NCBI GenBank assembly: GCA_051294375.1
Contig: CM119264.1
Coordinates: 10,639,832 to 10,703,831, forward strand
Reading direction: 5' to 3'
Length of the DNA stretch: 64,000 nucleotides
Source: Paraspadella gotoi
Taxonomy: Eukaryota; Animalia; Chaetognatha
The position numbers and the translations under genes are program-made. Shown here piece after piece: positions 1 through 13,558 of the stretch. Positions within the stretch are counted from its first letter, which is position 1. Every line of letters starts with the position of its first letter. The notes under the pieces were generated by a model that worked only from the letters and a program-made list of their open reading frames with translations, searched no databases and was not told where the DNA came from.

Positions 1-409
1 AAAAAAGAAATGATACATAAGTAAAAAAGAATGAAACAAAGAAACAAATTATAAAAGAAACAAAGAAGAAGCAAAGAAAGAAAAAAAGAAAGAAACAAAA
101 AAACAAAGAGAATTAAAAAAAGAGAAACTAAGGAAAAAAAGAAAGAANNNNNNNNNNNNNNNNNNNNNNNNNNNNNNNNNNNNNNNNNNNNNNNNNNNNN
201 NNNNNNNNNNNNNNNNNNNNNNNNNNNNNNNNNNNNNNNNNNNNNNNNNNNNNNNNNNNNNNNNNNNNNNNNNNNNNNNNNNNNNNNNNNNNNNNNNNNN
301 NNNNNNNNNNNNNNNNNNNNNNNNNNNNNNNNNNNNNNNNNNNNNNNNNNNNNNNNNNNNNNNNNNNNNNNNNNNNNNNNNNNNNNNNNNNNNNNNNNNN
401 NNNNNNNNN

Positions 410-444
<35 letters not shown>

Positions 445-1790
445 TGGGCGGGAAAGGAAAGGCCAGTGCGCGTTCACGTCAACCTCGATTAGTGGTGAAA
501 ATGTCCCGCCGATTAGTGACCTTTGACCCGAGAATTGAGTGGAATTGGCGGCGGGAGGGAGACAGAGNNNNNNNNNNNNNNNNNNNNNNNNNNNNNNNNN
601 NNNNNNNNNNNNNNNNNNNNNNNNNNNNNNNNNNNNNNNNNNNNNNNNNNNNNNNNNNNNNNNNNNNNNNNNNNNNNNNNNNNNNNNNNNNNNNNNNNNN
701 NNNNNNNNNNNNNNNNNNNNNNNNNNNNAAAGAAAGAAATGAAAGAATCGAGACAAAAAAGAAAATCTTTTCACTTCGGTCAATGAAGGAAATTATTCTT
801 GCGCAGAATTAAAAAAAAAAAAAAATTAAAAAAGGGTTACTTCCTTTTTCTTTCCTCCACGAAGGATCCTAAGATCCTTAGTAAGGATACACTTAATCAT
901 AAATGAAACTTTACATTTACATTAGTCCTCGATTTAACTAAATTACTGACGAAATGGATTCACTTCATTTCTCTGGCTGGAAATATGACGACGATAATGA
1001 AGACGTTGAATACGACAACGACGCCCACGGCGACAACGAGAACGACGATGACAAAATAATCTTGCGGGATATTTTTTTCCTTCGCGGTTTGTAGACTCAA
1101 CTCGTGACTAAGACGAACGAGAGAGTTATGGCGGAGATTGAAAAGAAGTCATTTACGCCGAGGGATTTTCTCTCTTTCCTCCTTTTCCTCCCTTTCTCTT
1201 TTCTTTTTCCACTTCCCAGTCTCTCCTCACTTCCGTCTGAACTTCGTACTCTTGATCGCCTCCTTCTTTATCTCACTCATCTTTTTCTCCCGCTTACCTC
1301 GGTGTGCCCGCCCACTCTCTTTATCTCTCTCCCTCCTTTCCTTTCCATTCATTTTAAAATCGTCCTTGGAACTTAATGTAGACTAGTAGTAACTCTGAAT
1401 AAAAAAAAAACGCCTAAAAAGAATGATTTTTAAAACTGGGAGAAAAAAAATTTACATGTGAGCCTTTATTTTTTTAGTTGAATTAGATTTTTTTTTTTTA
1501 AAAACGCGGAGAACGAATTGCCTTTCGTTTTCTTTTTATTTCCTTTCTTTCGCAGTAAAGGATTCTGATCATCACAATCATCAAAAAACCCAAACTGGCC
1601 ACCAGCATTTCCCAGCATTTCCCACCCCCCTCCATTTTGATTTTTGATATTTCGGTTTTTCGTTCTTCCCAATCTTCTCCACTACAACCAACTCAATCCA
1701 CCCCAGCCCCCTGTCTCTCTGGCACGTCTTTTCCCCGCTGGACCATTTTCTTTATCCCCTCTTCGCCTCGCGCGTGGTCTCCCGCGAGGG

Positions 1791-2000
1791 AAGGGGAGAG
1801 AAAAAGGAAGAGAAAAGGGAGAGAAAAAGGAAGGGAAAAGGGAGAGAAAAAGAAAGAGAAATGGGAGAGAAAAAGGAAGAGAAAGGGGAGAGAAAAAGGA
1901 AGAGAAAGGGGAGAGAAAAAGGAAGGGAAAGGAAGAGAAAGGGGATAGAAAAAGGAAGGAATAAAAGAGAGAGAAAAAGAAAGAGAAAGGAGAGAGAAAA
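1791..2000. repeat. Purine-rich minisatellite, unit about 22 bp (AAGGGGAGAGAAAAAGGAAGAG)
   Basis: Several imperfect tandem copies of GGGAGAGAAAAAGGAAG(A/G)GA seen directly. Confidence 0.8.
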
Positions 2001-2410
2001 ATGAAGGTAAAGGGAGGAGGGTTGTCGAGTAAACGAAGCAAATGAAAAGAAAAGTGAGATGGAAGGAATGAAAGGAAAGGAAGAGATGAAAAGGGAAGAC
2101 GAATTAAACTATATAAAAAAGAAAGCAGAGCGGGAAAGTGGGGATGGGACAATTTCTTTGGTGTCATAATCGGGCAAAGGAAGCGCAAAGAAAAGAGGAG
2201 AGACGAGGGAAAGGAAAGGTAAGGAATCGGATGGAAAGGCCAAAGATCTGAGGCCAAATTTATGAAAGGAAAAAGATTGAAAAGCGAATCCAATTCTTTT
2301 TCTTTTTCTTTTGACGCGAAGCCTGAGAAGCGACCCGAGCGAAGATCCGGTGGAATCCACTGTTACATCTCCACTCAACCACTCAACTACACATGCGTCC
2401 GCGTTCTGTA

Positions 2411-2492
2411 CGCCCTCTCACGCCCAAATGACTGCCCTCTCACTCCCTAATATCCGCCCTCTCACGCCCCAATGTCTGCTCCTTCACGCGCT
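2411..2492. repeat. Short tandem repeat, 3-4 copies of an about 22-bp unit GCCCTCTCACGCCCAAATG
   Basis: gccctctcacgcccaaatg / gccctctcactccctaata / gccctctcacgccccaatg / gctccttcacgcgc in tandem. Confidence 0.7.
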
Positions 2493-2931
2493 CCTTTCGC
2501 GTTTCCCCGTTCGCCTCGTTTTATTTTAAGTTTTCCAACCAAACTCCCGCTGAGTCGCGAGTCAAAACATCTCCCATCATCCTCACCGCAAGATGGCTCC
2601 TATCACTGATCGTCTCTGACTCACCCCTTTCCCGCGATTCACTCACCCGACTGACGTTTATTTCTCTATACTTACCATCGATTTGCTCCGTTCCGTTGCT
2701 ATTAGTAGCCAATAACCATCAAAACCGGTTTTCTCCAATGTCCGGAACTATTAGCTTACAATTCGTACTCACTCGCCATTCACCACCAACCATTCACGCT
2801 CTCTCTTCACTCCACATTCCGCGTCATCGTCCCAATAAATCGAGGCCTTCAATTTCCCTTCCTCTTATTCTCCACTTATCTTACTTTTTCTCACTGCTTA
2901 TATTTCCAATACTCTTTACTCTTCCGTCATT

Positions 2932-2998
<67 letters not shown>

Positions 2999-3002
2999 CC
3001 AG

Positions 3003-3176
3003 AGCGTCGCTAAGACTTTTAGCCTCGCCAAGGGCCACGCCTCAAAGGCCAACGCAAACGCCATAAAAGAGGATGTTTGCTCGATGGAAAGCGTGCGGCA
3101 AATTGACGGCCAACGCCGGCAGATGCAGTCAAACGCGACCATGAGCACCCAAGCCCAAGACCTCTGTATGCCGTAA
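3003..3176 (+). CDS. Candidate isolated coding exon, unknown product (SVAKTFSLAKGHASKANANAIKEDVCSMESVRQIDGQRRQMQSNATMSTQAQDLCMP*)
   Basis: (CT)n tract ending in CCAG at 3002, then 57 open codons of high-complexity sequence to TAA; no recognisable domain. Confidence 0.3.
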   Translation, partial: SVAKTFSLAKGHASKANANAIKEDVCSMESVRQIDGQRRQMQSNATMSTQAQDLCMP

Positions 3177-3805
3177 ATCTTGGAGGCATGAGAGAAACTG
3201 ATACTGGATAGGATGATTAAAGATAAGCGATTATGAGACGATATGATATCTCATGATAAGGACGCTGTTATCAGCATCAGATATTAGTAGTCAAGCGTCA
3301 ACCAATTATCTTACACTCTTCCTAATCTTTCTCCTTCTAATCTAGATGCTGATCTTCTTCTCTCTCCTTTCATCTTTCTCTTTGCCTCTTTCTAATTCCA
3401 GCTCCGCACTTATTTTTCAGATTAAAGCCCGACGGACAGACAAAAAACGTTTCCACGCGACTATAAAGAAGAAAGGACTGAAACCTGTGCCGGTTAAAAC
3501 TAGCAAACTTTGGTCGGGTGCCAGGATATGGATCTCCGCGGTGCCAAACATTTTCCCTAACCGTGATATCTGGCCTCCTGCAGAGTGGTCATATCTACTG
3601 TTCGGTCGCCAGTGTGTGTGGCTGGTGTTGAGAGAGAGGAGAGGTAGAGAGAGAGAGAGAGAGAGAAGAGAGAGAGAATGAGGAGAGAGAGGAGAGAGAG
3701 AAGGAGAGAGGAGAGAGAGAAGAGATGGTCATCGACTTATTTCGGGTGCGCGCGTAGAGGACGAGAAACGAGAGTGGCAGAGAGAGAGGAAGAGAGTGAG
3801 GAAGA

Positions 3806-3836
<31 letters not shown>

Positions 3837-6481
3837 TGAGAGAGAGAGAGAGGAGAGAGAAGAGAGAAAGAAATATTCCTCCGAAAAACGCGGAAAAGAG
3901 ATTAATTATTAATTAATTTCGGGCTTCAGAGGTTATGATTTCCTGAGATCGTCATCATTTATCTTCCTACATTTTCAAATAATAAAAACTCGTCTCCCCG
4001 AGCCTTAGGGGATTTTTATTTTTATTTTTTTCAAACTACGATATTCTGACAAGACGACGCGCTTCGTTCCTCCGCCCTCCGTCCGCGAGATCGAATTCCT
4101 CAGATGAAAAACTGAACTGCCTTTTTTTCCCTCTCATATCCTCGGTCTCCGCACAAAGGAAATCCCAACAGCAAATTATCTAATCTTTTCTTTTCCTCTT
4201 CTCCTCATCCATCTTCCACTTCTGGAAACCGGAGAATCCTCTCCTCGGCCGCGCAGGGAGTGAACCGTCGCGCCGCCGCTCTGTCCACATTCGCTNNNNN
4301 NNNNNNNNNNNNNNNNNNNNNNNNNNNNNNNNNNNNNNNNNNNNNNNNNNNNNNNNNNNNNNNNNNNNNNNNNNNNNNNNNNNNNNNNNNNNNNNNNNNN
4401 NNNNNNNNNNNNNNNNNNNNNNNNNNNNNNNNNNNNNNNNNNNNNNNNNNNNNNNNNNNNNNNNNNNNNNNNNNNNNNNNNNNNNNNNNNNNNNNNNNNN
4501 NNNNNNNNNNNNNNNNNNNNNNNNNNNNNNNNNNNNNNNNNNNNNNNNNNNNNNNNNNNNNNNNNNNNNNNNNNNNNNNNNNNNNNNNNNNNNNNNNNNN
4601 NNNNNNNNNNNNNNNNNNNNNNNNNNNNNNNNNNNNNNNNNNNNNNNNNNNNNNNNNNNNNNNNNNNNNNNNNNNNNNNNNNNNNNNNNNNNNNNNNNNN
4701 NNNNNNNNNNNNNNNNNNNNNNNNNNNNNNNNNNNNNNNNNNNNNNNNNNNNNNNNNNNNNNNNNNNNNNNNNNNNNNNNNNNNNNNNNNNNNNNNNNNN
4801 NNNNNNNNNNNNNNNNNNNNNNNNNNNNNNNNNNNNNNNNNNNNNNNNNNNNNNNNNNNNNNNNNNNNNNNNNNNNNNNNNNNNNNNNNNNNNNNNNNNN
4901 NNNNNNNNNNNNNNNNNNNNNNNNNNNNNNNNNNNNNNNNNNNNNNNNNNNNNNNNNNNNNNNNNNNNNNNNNNNNNNNNNNNNNNNNNNNNNNNNNNNN
5001 NNNNNNNNNNNNNNNNNNNNNNNNNNNNNNNNNNNNNNNNNNNNNNNNNNNNNNNNNNNNNNNNNNNNNNNNNNNNNNNNNNNNNNNNNNNNNNNNNNNN
5101 NNNNNNNNNNNNNNNNNNNNNNNNNNNNTGTTGAGTCAGGTAATTTAACAAGCATTGCCATTCCTCGGTTCTTTTGCCATGTTTAATACTAGTCTAGTTT
5201 AAGAAAGTAACGAAATCNNNNNNNNNNNNNNNNNNNNNNNNNNNNNNNNNNNNNNNNNNNNNNNNNNNNNNNNNNNNNNNNNNNNNNNNNNNNNNNNNNN
5301 NNNNNNNNNNNNNNNNNNNNNNNNNNNNNNNNNNNNNNNNNNNNNNNNNNNNNNNNNNNNNNNNNNNNNNNNNNNNNNNNNNNNNNNNNNNNNNNNNNNN
5401 NNNNNNNNNNNAGGCAAATATGAGATCCGCTGTCGCCGCCGTAAAGGACCCCCCCGTCGCCGTTTTCACCTGTTTATTATCATTTTATGGGTTTTTGCTC
5501 TCGCCCGTCGTGACGTCATCGTTTGTCATTCATTCCGCGGGATGAATGGAGTTCCCCGACATTGTGACGGGAGCTGTCGTCGTTGTCGTCGTTGTCGTCG
5601 GCTTTGTTGATCGAAAAGTGGGCGGATCACGGGGACCGTGGCGTTGTTGTCGTCGTTGTCGTCGTTTTCGCCCTCGTTGTCGAGGTCATAGCTTATGAGG
5701 TTGATCGTTGAACGTTGATTCGACTGATTCGACTGATTCGACTGTTAACCGAGGCGTCTTTAGCTTTTTTTTCCCATTTTCTTTGTGATGTCGTATTTTT
5801 CGTTTCTTCTCTTTTATCGATAAACAATAAAACAGGAAAAAAAAACGAGTTTGCTCTTCCTAGAACAGAAAACGTTTTGTTTTCAGCGATGACGATTTTT
5901 TGTTCTCGTTCGACTTTTTAAATTTTTTCTTTGGATTCTCTTTAAAATGTTCTTTAAAAAAATCTTTTCTGTCAAAACGACAAAAGTCGGTTGATATTCC
6001 TCACCGCGCGACGAGTTTTGTCTGGGGAAAAGGTTAAAAAAAAAAAGCAGAGTTAGATGAAAAGAAAGAGGAAAAAAAAGGGAGAATAATTGAGGAGGAA
6101 AAAGTAAAAAAGAAGGAAAGAACTTTGGTCGATTTATTTTCTTTGTCCCTTATTTTTTTTTCCTCGGTTGTACTGGAAATGAAATGGGGCTTAGCCGACC
6201 AGGACCTCGCTCCGTGTTAGCTCAATCGATATGCGCGGGCCGGGCCTGAGCCGGGCCGACGAGTGCTGTGGAAGCCTAGAGTCGGTGGGGGGGGGTGGGG
6301 GGGCGGGACGGAAGAGGAGACGGAGTCGTGGACGGAAACGCCCAGCCCACTTTCGAGTTACTCTCCTTTTCTTTTCTTTTCTTTTCTTTTCTTTTCTTTT
6401 ACTCCCTCTGTTTTGAAAGTTCTTCTCGCTTACTCTCGAAACTAGTTTTTTTTCTTTCTCTCTTCCTTTCTTTCTTTTTTT

Positions 6482-6569
<88 letters not shown>

Positions 6570-6570
6570 T
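6482..6570. repeat. (TTTC)n microsatellite inside a T-rich low-complexity tract (about 6360-6790)
   Basis: Seen directly. Confidence 0.95.
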
Positions 6571-9500
6571 TTTTCTTTCTTTATTTCTTTCGTTCACTTT
6601 TTTTTGCTTTCTTTTGTTCTTTCTTTCGTTTTTTCTTTTTTATTTCTTTCTAAATTTCTACATTTCTTTTTTTCCACTCGTAATTTTTTTCTTCTTTTTT
6701 TTTCTTTCTCTTTCGTTCTTTTGTTCTTTCTGCTTTTTCTCTCTTTTTTTATTCCGTTCTAAATTTTTTTCTTTCTTTTTTTCTTTCTCGCTTCCAAAAC
6801 CTCAACCAAGTGATAGTCTTCGACGTCGTCGTCGTCGTCGTCGTCGTCTTCGTCGTCGTCGTCTCCTCCCATACCTTCCATCCTTTGCCTCCCGCGGCTC
6901 GTCAAAACCGCGTCGATCCCTTTAATGACACCCGAGACGAAATCCACAGCCCAACTGGTTTTAGACATCGTCGTTGTCGACGTCATCGTCGTCGTCTTTC
7001 CTCTTTCCTCTTTCCTATTTTATTTCCTACCTTTCACCCCCTCAGACTTTCGTCATCAACCCGCCCCCTATCGTCGCGCCGTCGCGCCATCTACTCCGTC
7101 CACCTCACTTTCGCCCTCCACGCCCTCTCGCTCATCTCGCGCAAAACAATTCCTCCTCCACGTCGAGGCTCACTATTTCCTGGTCTGGATCTAAAACCGC
7201 CAATAACAACAACGACGAAGAGGACAAGGACCTCGACGCTCGCTGGCGCGCGTGCTCTTCCGAGTTTTCTTTATCGTCTTCTTTATCGCTTGATATTAAT
7301 CTCGTGCATTTTGGCGAGTCGCTTCTCTCGGCGGCGAAAGCGTCTCCCGGTCTTACGGTTTGAAAATCAAAGCGATGGAGTCAAAGACAGTGAGATTTTC
7401 TTCTCCTTTTTTTTACATTTCTTTTTCTACTTAACACTTTTCCTCTCTCTGTCNNNNNNNNNNNNNNNNNNNNNNNNNNNNNNNNNNNNNNNNNNNNNNN
7501 NNNNNNNNNNNNNNNNNNNNNNNNNNNNNNNNNNNNNNNNNNNNNNNNNNNNNNNNNNNNNNNNNNNNNNNNNNNNNNNNNNNNNNNNNNNNNNNNNNNN
7601 NNNNNNTTCCTGACATCACACCGGTCGCCATATCACCCCACAGCCTCCCTCACCAGTCACCAATCACCTGTTTTTCTCAATTCCCCTCATTTTCCTCCGC
7701 CTCGCCTTTTAGCCCAACCCTCCGCTCGTCAAATGTCTTTCTTCCTTCAGTCGATCACTAATTTGTGCCGCGTTCGTGAATCCGTTTCTCTCGTTGTTTG
7801 TTTGTTGTTTCCTTTCACATCTCTCTCTCTCTCTCTCTNNNNNNNNNNNNNNNNNNNNNNNNNNNNNNNNNNNNNNNNNNNNNNNNNNNNNNNNNNNNNN
7901 NNNNNNNNNNNNNNNNNNNNNNNNNNNNNNNNNNNNNNNNNNNNNNNNNNNNNNNNNNNNNNNNNNNNNNNNNNNNNNNNNNNNNNNNNNNNNNNNNATA
8001 ACTACACAAACACCGAATAAAATTCCGACCAAACAAAACCAAGAAATAAAGAAAATGTACCCGAGTAAAAAATAAATTATACGACCTCACTTTCCCCCCC
8101 AATTTTAAATTCGGATATTTTCCGGCGCTGCAGTTGCTCTTCTGCTGCGCTTCCGCGCTGCGGCTGCCTCAGCGTAGCTTTACGTACATCTCTTGTTTTC
8201 TCTGTACATTTCATTTGATTTTTTTCTTCTAACTCATCTTCCGTATCCATAATCATAATATCTTAATAAATAAGTACATATATACTAGCGACTCGTTTAT
8301 CTTTTTCCCAATTCGTATGAAATTGATAAAATTGATATAAAAATTAACCATTCATTCGACGAACGAGCCACATTGCCCCAGATTTCGGGCAGTCTCCGCT
8401 CTCGATCATTTACCGTAAATTACAATTTCAATTTCTCGGAAAATCTCAATTGCGATCTTGATTTCCTCTCTCATTTCCTCTCCTCTTTTCATGTCTCCTC
8501 TTTCTAATCATTTTCTCATTTGCTTCCTCCATTTCTCCTTTTTTCCTTCAATGAAATCCAAAGCTTAACTTTAATTCATTGGTTTTCCTTTCCTCGTTTC
8601 CTCATCTTCCTTCTCCTCACCTCGCTCGTCTCATTCCTCTTCCTCCTCTCTCTTCCTCCCCCTCTGTTCCTTTCCTCCTCTCTCCCTTTGATAAGCGTCA
8701 AAAACGTCGNNNNNNNNNNNNNNNNNNNNNNNNNNNNNNNNNNNNNNNNNNNNNNNNNNNNNNNNNNNNNNNNNNNNNNNNNNNNNNNNNNNNNNNNNNN
8801 NNNNNNNNNNNNNNNNNNNNNNNNNNNNNNNNNNNNNNNNNNNNNNNNNNNNNNNNNNNNNNNNNNNNNNNNNNNNNNNGAGAGAGAGAGAGTGGGGAAA
8901 AAGTTTTTACGGCTTTTACAGTCTCTCTCGCAAATCCTTAAATATTTAATTCTATTTCACCTTTAGTTTTGGTTAGACTATTGGCTAGTAATTTTAAATA
9001 CTCTCTAACACACTTTCAAAAACGTTTCGGTTTTCATCTCAAACATCAGTTAGTTCGTTCTGTTTGTGTCTAAAAATTACCAACGCAATTTGTGCTGACG
9101 CCTCTGTTTGATTTTTTTTTTTTGCCATTGTTACCGTTCCATGTCATTATCCATTCTTGCCCCTCACCGGTCGGTCTTTCCTCTTCGGTCAGATCAACGG
9201 TCCTATCCCAGACCCTTCAGGCCATTAAGCTTCCACCATTAGGGAGGAAGCCATGCGTCTCGCTAATGCGCTCTTTTAGTTAAAAATAATTAAACAATAT
9301 GGAAGCAAAATAAAAATAAAAGTACTTTAAATTTAAAATACCAGTTAAAAGAATTAAGATGTCTAATGAAAGTTTAAAAAAAACGCTATAAAAAATATTA
9401 AAATTCAATTAGTCTTTCGCATCGTTGTACTTATTGGTCCTTGTTTCCAATAAAAACCAGACAGCGGCGTAACATCATTTTCTTTGTTGCGAAAATCATT

Positions 9501-10912
9501 TCCGTTTTTTTTATTATGAATTTCTTTTACTCAAAGCTACGATTAAGAGCAACGACCAAGCATGGCCTTTTTATGAAATATGAAAATGATTTGAAAAAAC
9601 AATGATAGATATGTAACGAGAAAGAAGTTAATGATATTAAAACGCTCGATGTGAGATTGATGCTAAGTGTAAGAACAAAAACAGTTAGGATCGAGAGAAA
9701 AAAGTTCAAGCGTCGACCAGAACAATAATTTTACATACGTTATTGTCTTTTCTGTTTACTTAGCTCCACAACCGAGCTGTCTCTCCGTTTAACTTCTCCA
9801 TTATTTTTTTTCCTTTCCCACTTTTTATCCCATAGAAATCTATTCTTCGGGTGAAGCCACAGATGTTCGGCCATCGCGTGCCAGTTTGGCGACGCTTCTC
9901 TTTCCTTACCATCTCCGTCGCGCCTNNNNNNNNNNNNNNNNNNNNNNNNNNNNNNNNNNNNNNNNNNNNNNNNNNNNNNNNNNNNNNNNNNNNNNNNNNN
10001 NNNNNNNNNNNNNNNNNNNNNNNNNNNNNNNNNNNNNNNNNNNNNNNNNNNNNNNNNNNNNNNNNNNNNNNNNNNNNNNNNNNNNNNNNNNNNNNNNNNN
10101 NNNNNNNNNNNNNNNNNNNNNNNNNNNNNATATTTGGCGAATATGAAGATTGTTTTGTTCGTTGTCTTGCTCGTTGTCTTGACAACACTATGTTTTTATT
10201 GATAGCTTGTTCTAGCTTAATTAAAGCCGCATTGTAGCATTTTTAAGTCTTTAAATTTCCTCATTGAATCAAGCACTATGAGTCTATGACTATATCAATA
10301 ATTTCTATAAAAATAGTATTCCATTAAGAACGTGAAACGTGCCTCAAATCCTTTTCGATCGATGACGACTTTGTTTTTTTCTTTTTTTGTCCATCTGACG
10401 CCGTGTGCCTTTTCCATTTTGATTTGCCTTTTCCACAACAAATTTTCAACTTTGGCGTATGTTTTTTTGTTTTTTTTTTCAGTATGAGTTTTAAGTAGGC
10501 GCCTTGAGTCCGGGGCCTCTTCCCAAATTTTTATTTAATTTAGGCGCCTTTTCCACGTCCATTTCAATTTCGGCGCCTGTTCGACCCCCCCCCCTGCCGA
10601 CGCCGTCAAAGGAGTTTCCTTGGATTTCCCTCGCGGTTTTCTCATCACAATGGCGCCCAACGTTTATGTCCTTCGCTCTTCCANNNNNNNNNNNNNNNNN
10701 NNNNNNNNNNNNNNNNNNNNNNNNNNNNNNNNNNNNNNNNNNNNNNNNNNNNNNNNNNNNNNNNNNNNNNNNNNNNNNNNNNNNNNNNNNNNNNNNNNNN
10801 NNNNNNNNNNNNNNNNNNNNNNNNNNNNNNNNNNNNNNNNNNNNNNNNNNNNNNNCCGTTCGTCGCGTTCTTCGTCGCGTTCGTTAGTGACAGATCCACC
10901 TTTTTTCTTCAT

Positions 10913-11268
10913 TCAATTCTTCGCCTGTTGTTCCATCCAGAGATGACATCCTTGCTGACGTTTTGATGATGGATCGCAGTTGTCATACATTTTTTTGTAT
11001 CCATACCCAATGTTCAATCTTCTTTTCAATTTCGATCGCTGGGAGAATGCTATAATTTTTAAAAGAGGCATGAGTCACGTACTTACCACATATTTGAGGT
11101 CTCGTGTCTCTGCAAAACGCTGAAAAGTTGACGGTTAACTTCTACCTACCTCGTCGGTTTACAGTGAGATTTCCCAACGGAATTTAAACGAACTGACTCT
11201 GCTTACCTTACCATCATTTATCGCTTCGAAACATTTCGAATATCTCTTCCAGTTCCATTGCGCATGCG
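10913..11268 (-). CDS. Candidate three small terminal exons of an unknown minus-strand gene: 11268-11207, 11119-11087, 11038-10913
   Basis: GT-AG sites TTACAG|..|GTAAGC, TTTCAG|..|GTAAGT, CCCAG|..TGA. Phases join into (A)HAQWNWKRYSKCFEAINDGK-RFAETRDLKYV-RSKLKRRLNIGYGYKKMYDNCDPSSKRQQGCHLWMEQQAKN*. No homology recognised. Confidence 0.3.
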
Positions 11269-11614
11269 CTGTAAGAATTCAATGACTTGTCCAGACGCGT
11301 TGGACAGAGAAATTCATGGTCGATTGGGTTGTTTGAAAAGCGTCGTCCATCGTCTCTGCCCACGCAGAGATTCCTCGCTCATATCAGTTTAACGAGTTTT
11401 AGAACGGTTGAGTGCTTGTTTGCTTGCTTGGTTTCAATCAATGTAAGACAAAAAATCGGTAAGATTGGATAAATATCGTTCAGGTTGTCCGCCATGTACC
11501 CTAACAGTATCTCTCCTTTGCCACAAAAAAAAATTGCTTTTACTTTTACTTTTCCTTTTACTCTTTCCTATTTTTTTTTCCTCCCTTTACTTTCTCTTTT
11601 CCTTCAATTTTTTT

Positions 11615-11860
11615 CCCCTTCTTCCTAATTTTCCTCCCCTTCCTCCTCATTTTCCTCCCATTCTTCCTCATTTTCCCCCTATAAATCCTCAAATTCTTCC
11701 CCTTCTTCCTCATTTCCCCTCTTCTTTTTCATTTTCCTCCTCTTCTTCCTCATTTTCCTCCCTTTCTTCCTCAATTCCCCTCTTCTTTCTCATTTTCCTC
11801 CTCTTCTTCCTCATTTTCCTCCTCTTCCTCCTCATTTTCCTCCCCATTTTCCTCTTTCCT
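11615..11860. repeat. Pyrimidine minisatellite, unit about 21 bp (CTTCTTCCTCATTTTCCTCC)
   Basis: Repeated ttcctcattttcctcc / ttcctcattttccccc units. Confidence 0.8.
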
Positions 11861-11979
11861 CCCCGACCCCAACAATCTCCACCATCATCGTTTCGTTCTC
11901 TATCTCTGATCCATTTACATCCTCATCTGTTCGGAGAGAAATATTTTTTTTCGCTCTCTCTCCGACAATCCGATAAATT

Positions 11980-12114
<135 letters not shown>

Positions 12115-13525
12115 CTGTGCTTACCGCTTCTGCTTCGCAGATGAAACACAAACTGAAATGTCTTTAATAATTTTGCGCTTGATTATTCAAATTAATGCTG
12201 ATTACTTTTGTTAAAAGCTATTTTTGAATCTAAATTTAAAAAAAACCGCGTGACATTATTACTAGAAACCAGACAACCTGAAAAGTTCATGGGCTATTAT
12301 AGCAGGGTGGTCTATCTAATTATCTATATCTATATTATGACAAGTTCAGTGGAGAATTAACTTATTACCTAATCGTAATTTTTGACTGACGAATAAAGCG
12401 CTGCGTCTGAAATAAGAAATCGAAGACATAAGCGAAGAAAGCGGAAACCAACTGGTAAAGATTCCCCGGCCCTCACTCTCCACTCACGCTCTTCCTTTTC
12501 GACCCGTTGTCCCTTTGTTTTTGTTTTATTGCCTTTTGCCTCCGGCGGCGAAGGGCAAGCGGGTGGCGACCTCTTTCGAGCCTCCGCTTCGAACAAAACC
12601 GTCGCCATATTGGAGTTAGATTTCGTCGTGAGGTGAATGGCTGAGTCCGGTGGGGCCGGTGCCCCCGAAATAAAGGGATTCAAGACAAGAGAAAAGAATA
12701 AGGGCAGGGGAAGCATGCACGACTTACGAGGACGTTCGTAGGGAGATTTTAAAAAAGAAGGGCGCGCCGAAATTGGTCAAGAAAAAACGAAGGGAATAAG
12801 GATCAAGGAAACTCATAAAGGGCAAACTCCGAAAGCGACCCCTTGGGGTCCTCGACAAAGAGCGAATCCAAATCGATCAGGGGCGTGGAGGGGCCGAGGG
12901 GTGTGGAGGGGAAAGGGTTGACGTTTTATGGACGAAAATATTTATTGGTGTTTTCGGTCTATTTATTGTTTTGCCTGAGAGGAGAGATATTGAGTTATCG
13001 AAAGCGAAGTTGGTTGGAGGCCTTGGTGTTTATTACGTTGTTATTGAACTGTTTAAGAGTCGAAGAGGATGTTGATGTGAAAATGTTAAAAAGATAACTT
13101 TGAAAGAGTAACATTTATATTTTTTTTCTTAATTTGCCAATAAAACATTTTATTTACTTGTTTAATGAGATCACCTTATTCTAAAAAAATATCTATTTCA
13201 TATAGTAATCCTAAACTTCCTTTTCTTTATCCAATTTAACAAAGTAATATTTTTTTATTAACCTTTAAACTTTAATCTCGTCGGATGTCGATTCAGAGTC
13301 AGCCAATGGCCAGAGAACTGTGATTATTGCGCAACCGTTGATAGATGTTTCGTTTTCCTTTTTTTTCCTTTCACGGGTTTGGCCATTGGAGCCCAAAAAT
13401 TTGTCTCTCTCTTTCCGATTCACATCGCAATTATTTCATCGTCTAGTCTTCGACCTTCAGCAGTAATTCTTACTAATGCGTTTTCTATCTGTGTCGAAGG
13501 TTATTAAACCTAAATTCCTAATTTA

Positions 13526-13558
<33 letters not shown>

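Larger units (their letters stand above)
148..10855. other. Cluster of assembly gaps (N runs at about 148-409, 568-728, 4296-5128, 5218-5410, 7454-7606, 7839-7997, 8710-8879, 9926-10129, 10684-10855; more at 15960-16155, 16249-16258, 16740-17212, 20965-20989, 28557-28581, 47642-47666)
   Basis: N runs seen directly; many abut (GA)n/(CT)n or (GAAA)n tracts, consistent with assembly breaks at microsatellites. Confidence 0.98.

Noticed and set aside
6205-6290. tRNA-like start (TAGCTCAATCGATA)
   Set aside because: No B box/T arm and no acceptor stem; the same applies to TGGCTCAGTGG at 32281.
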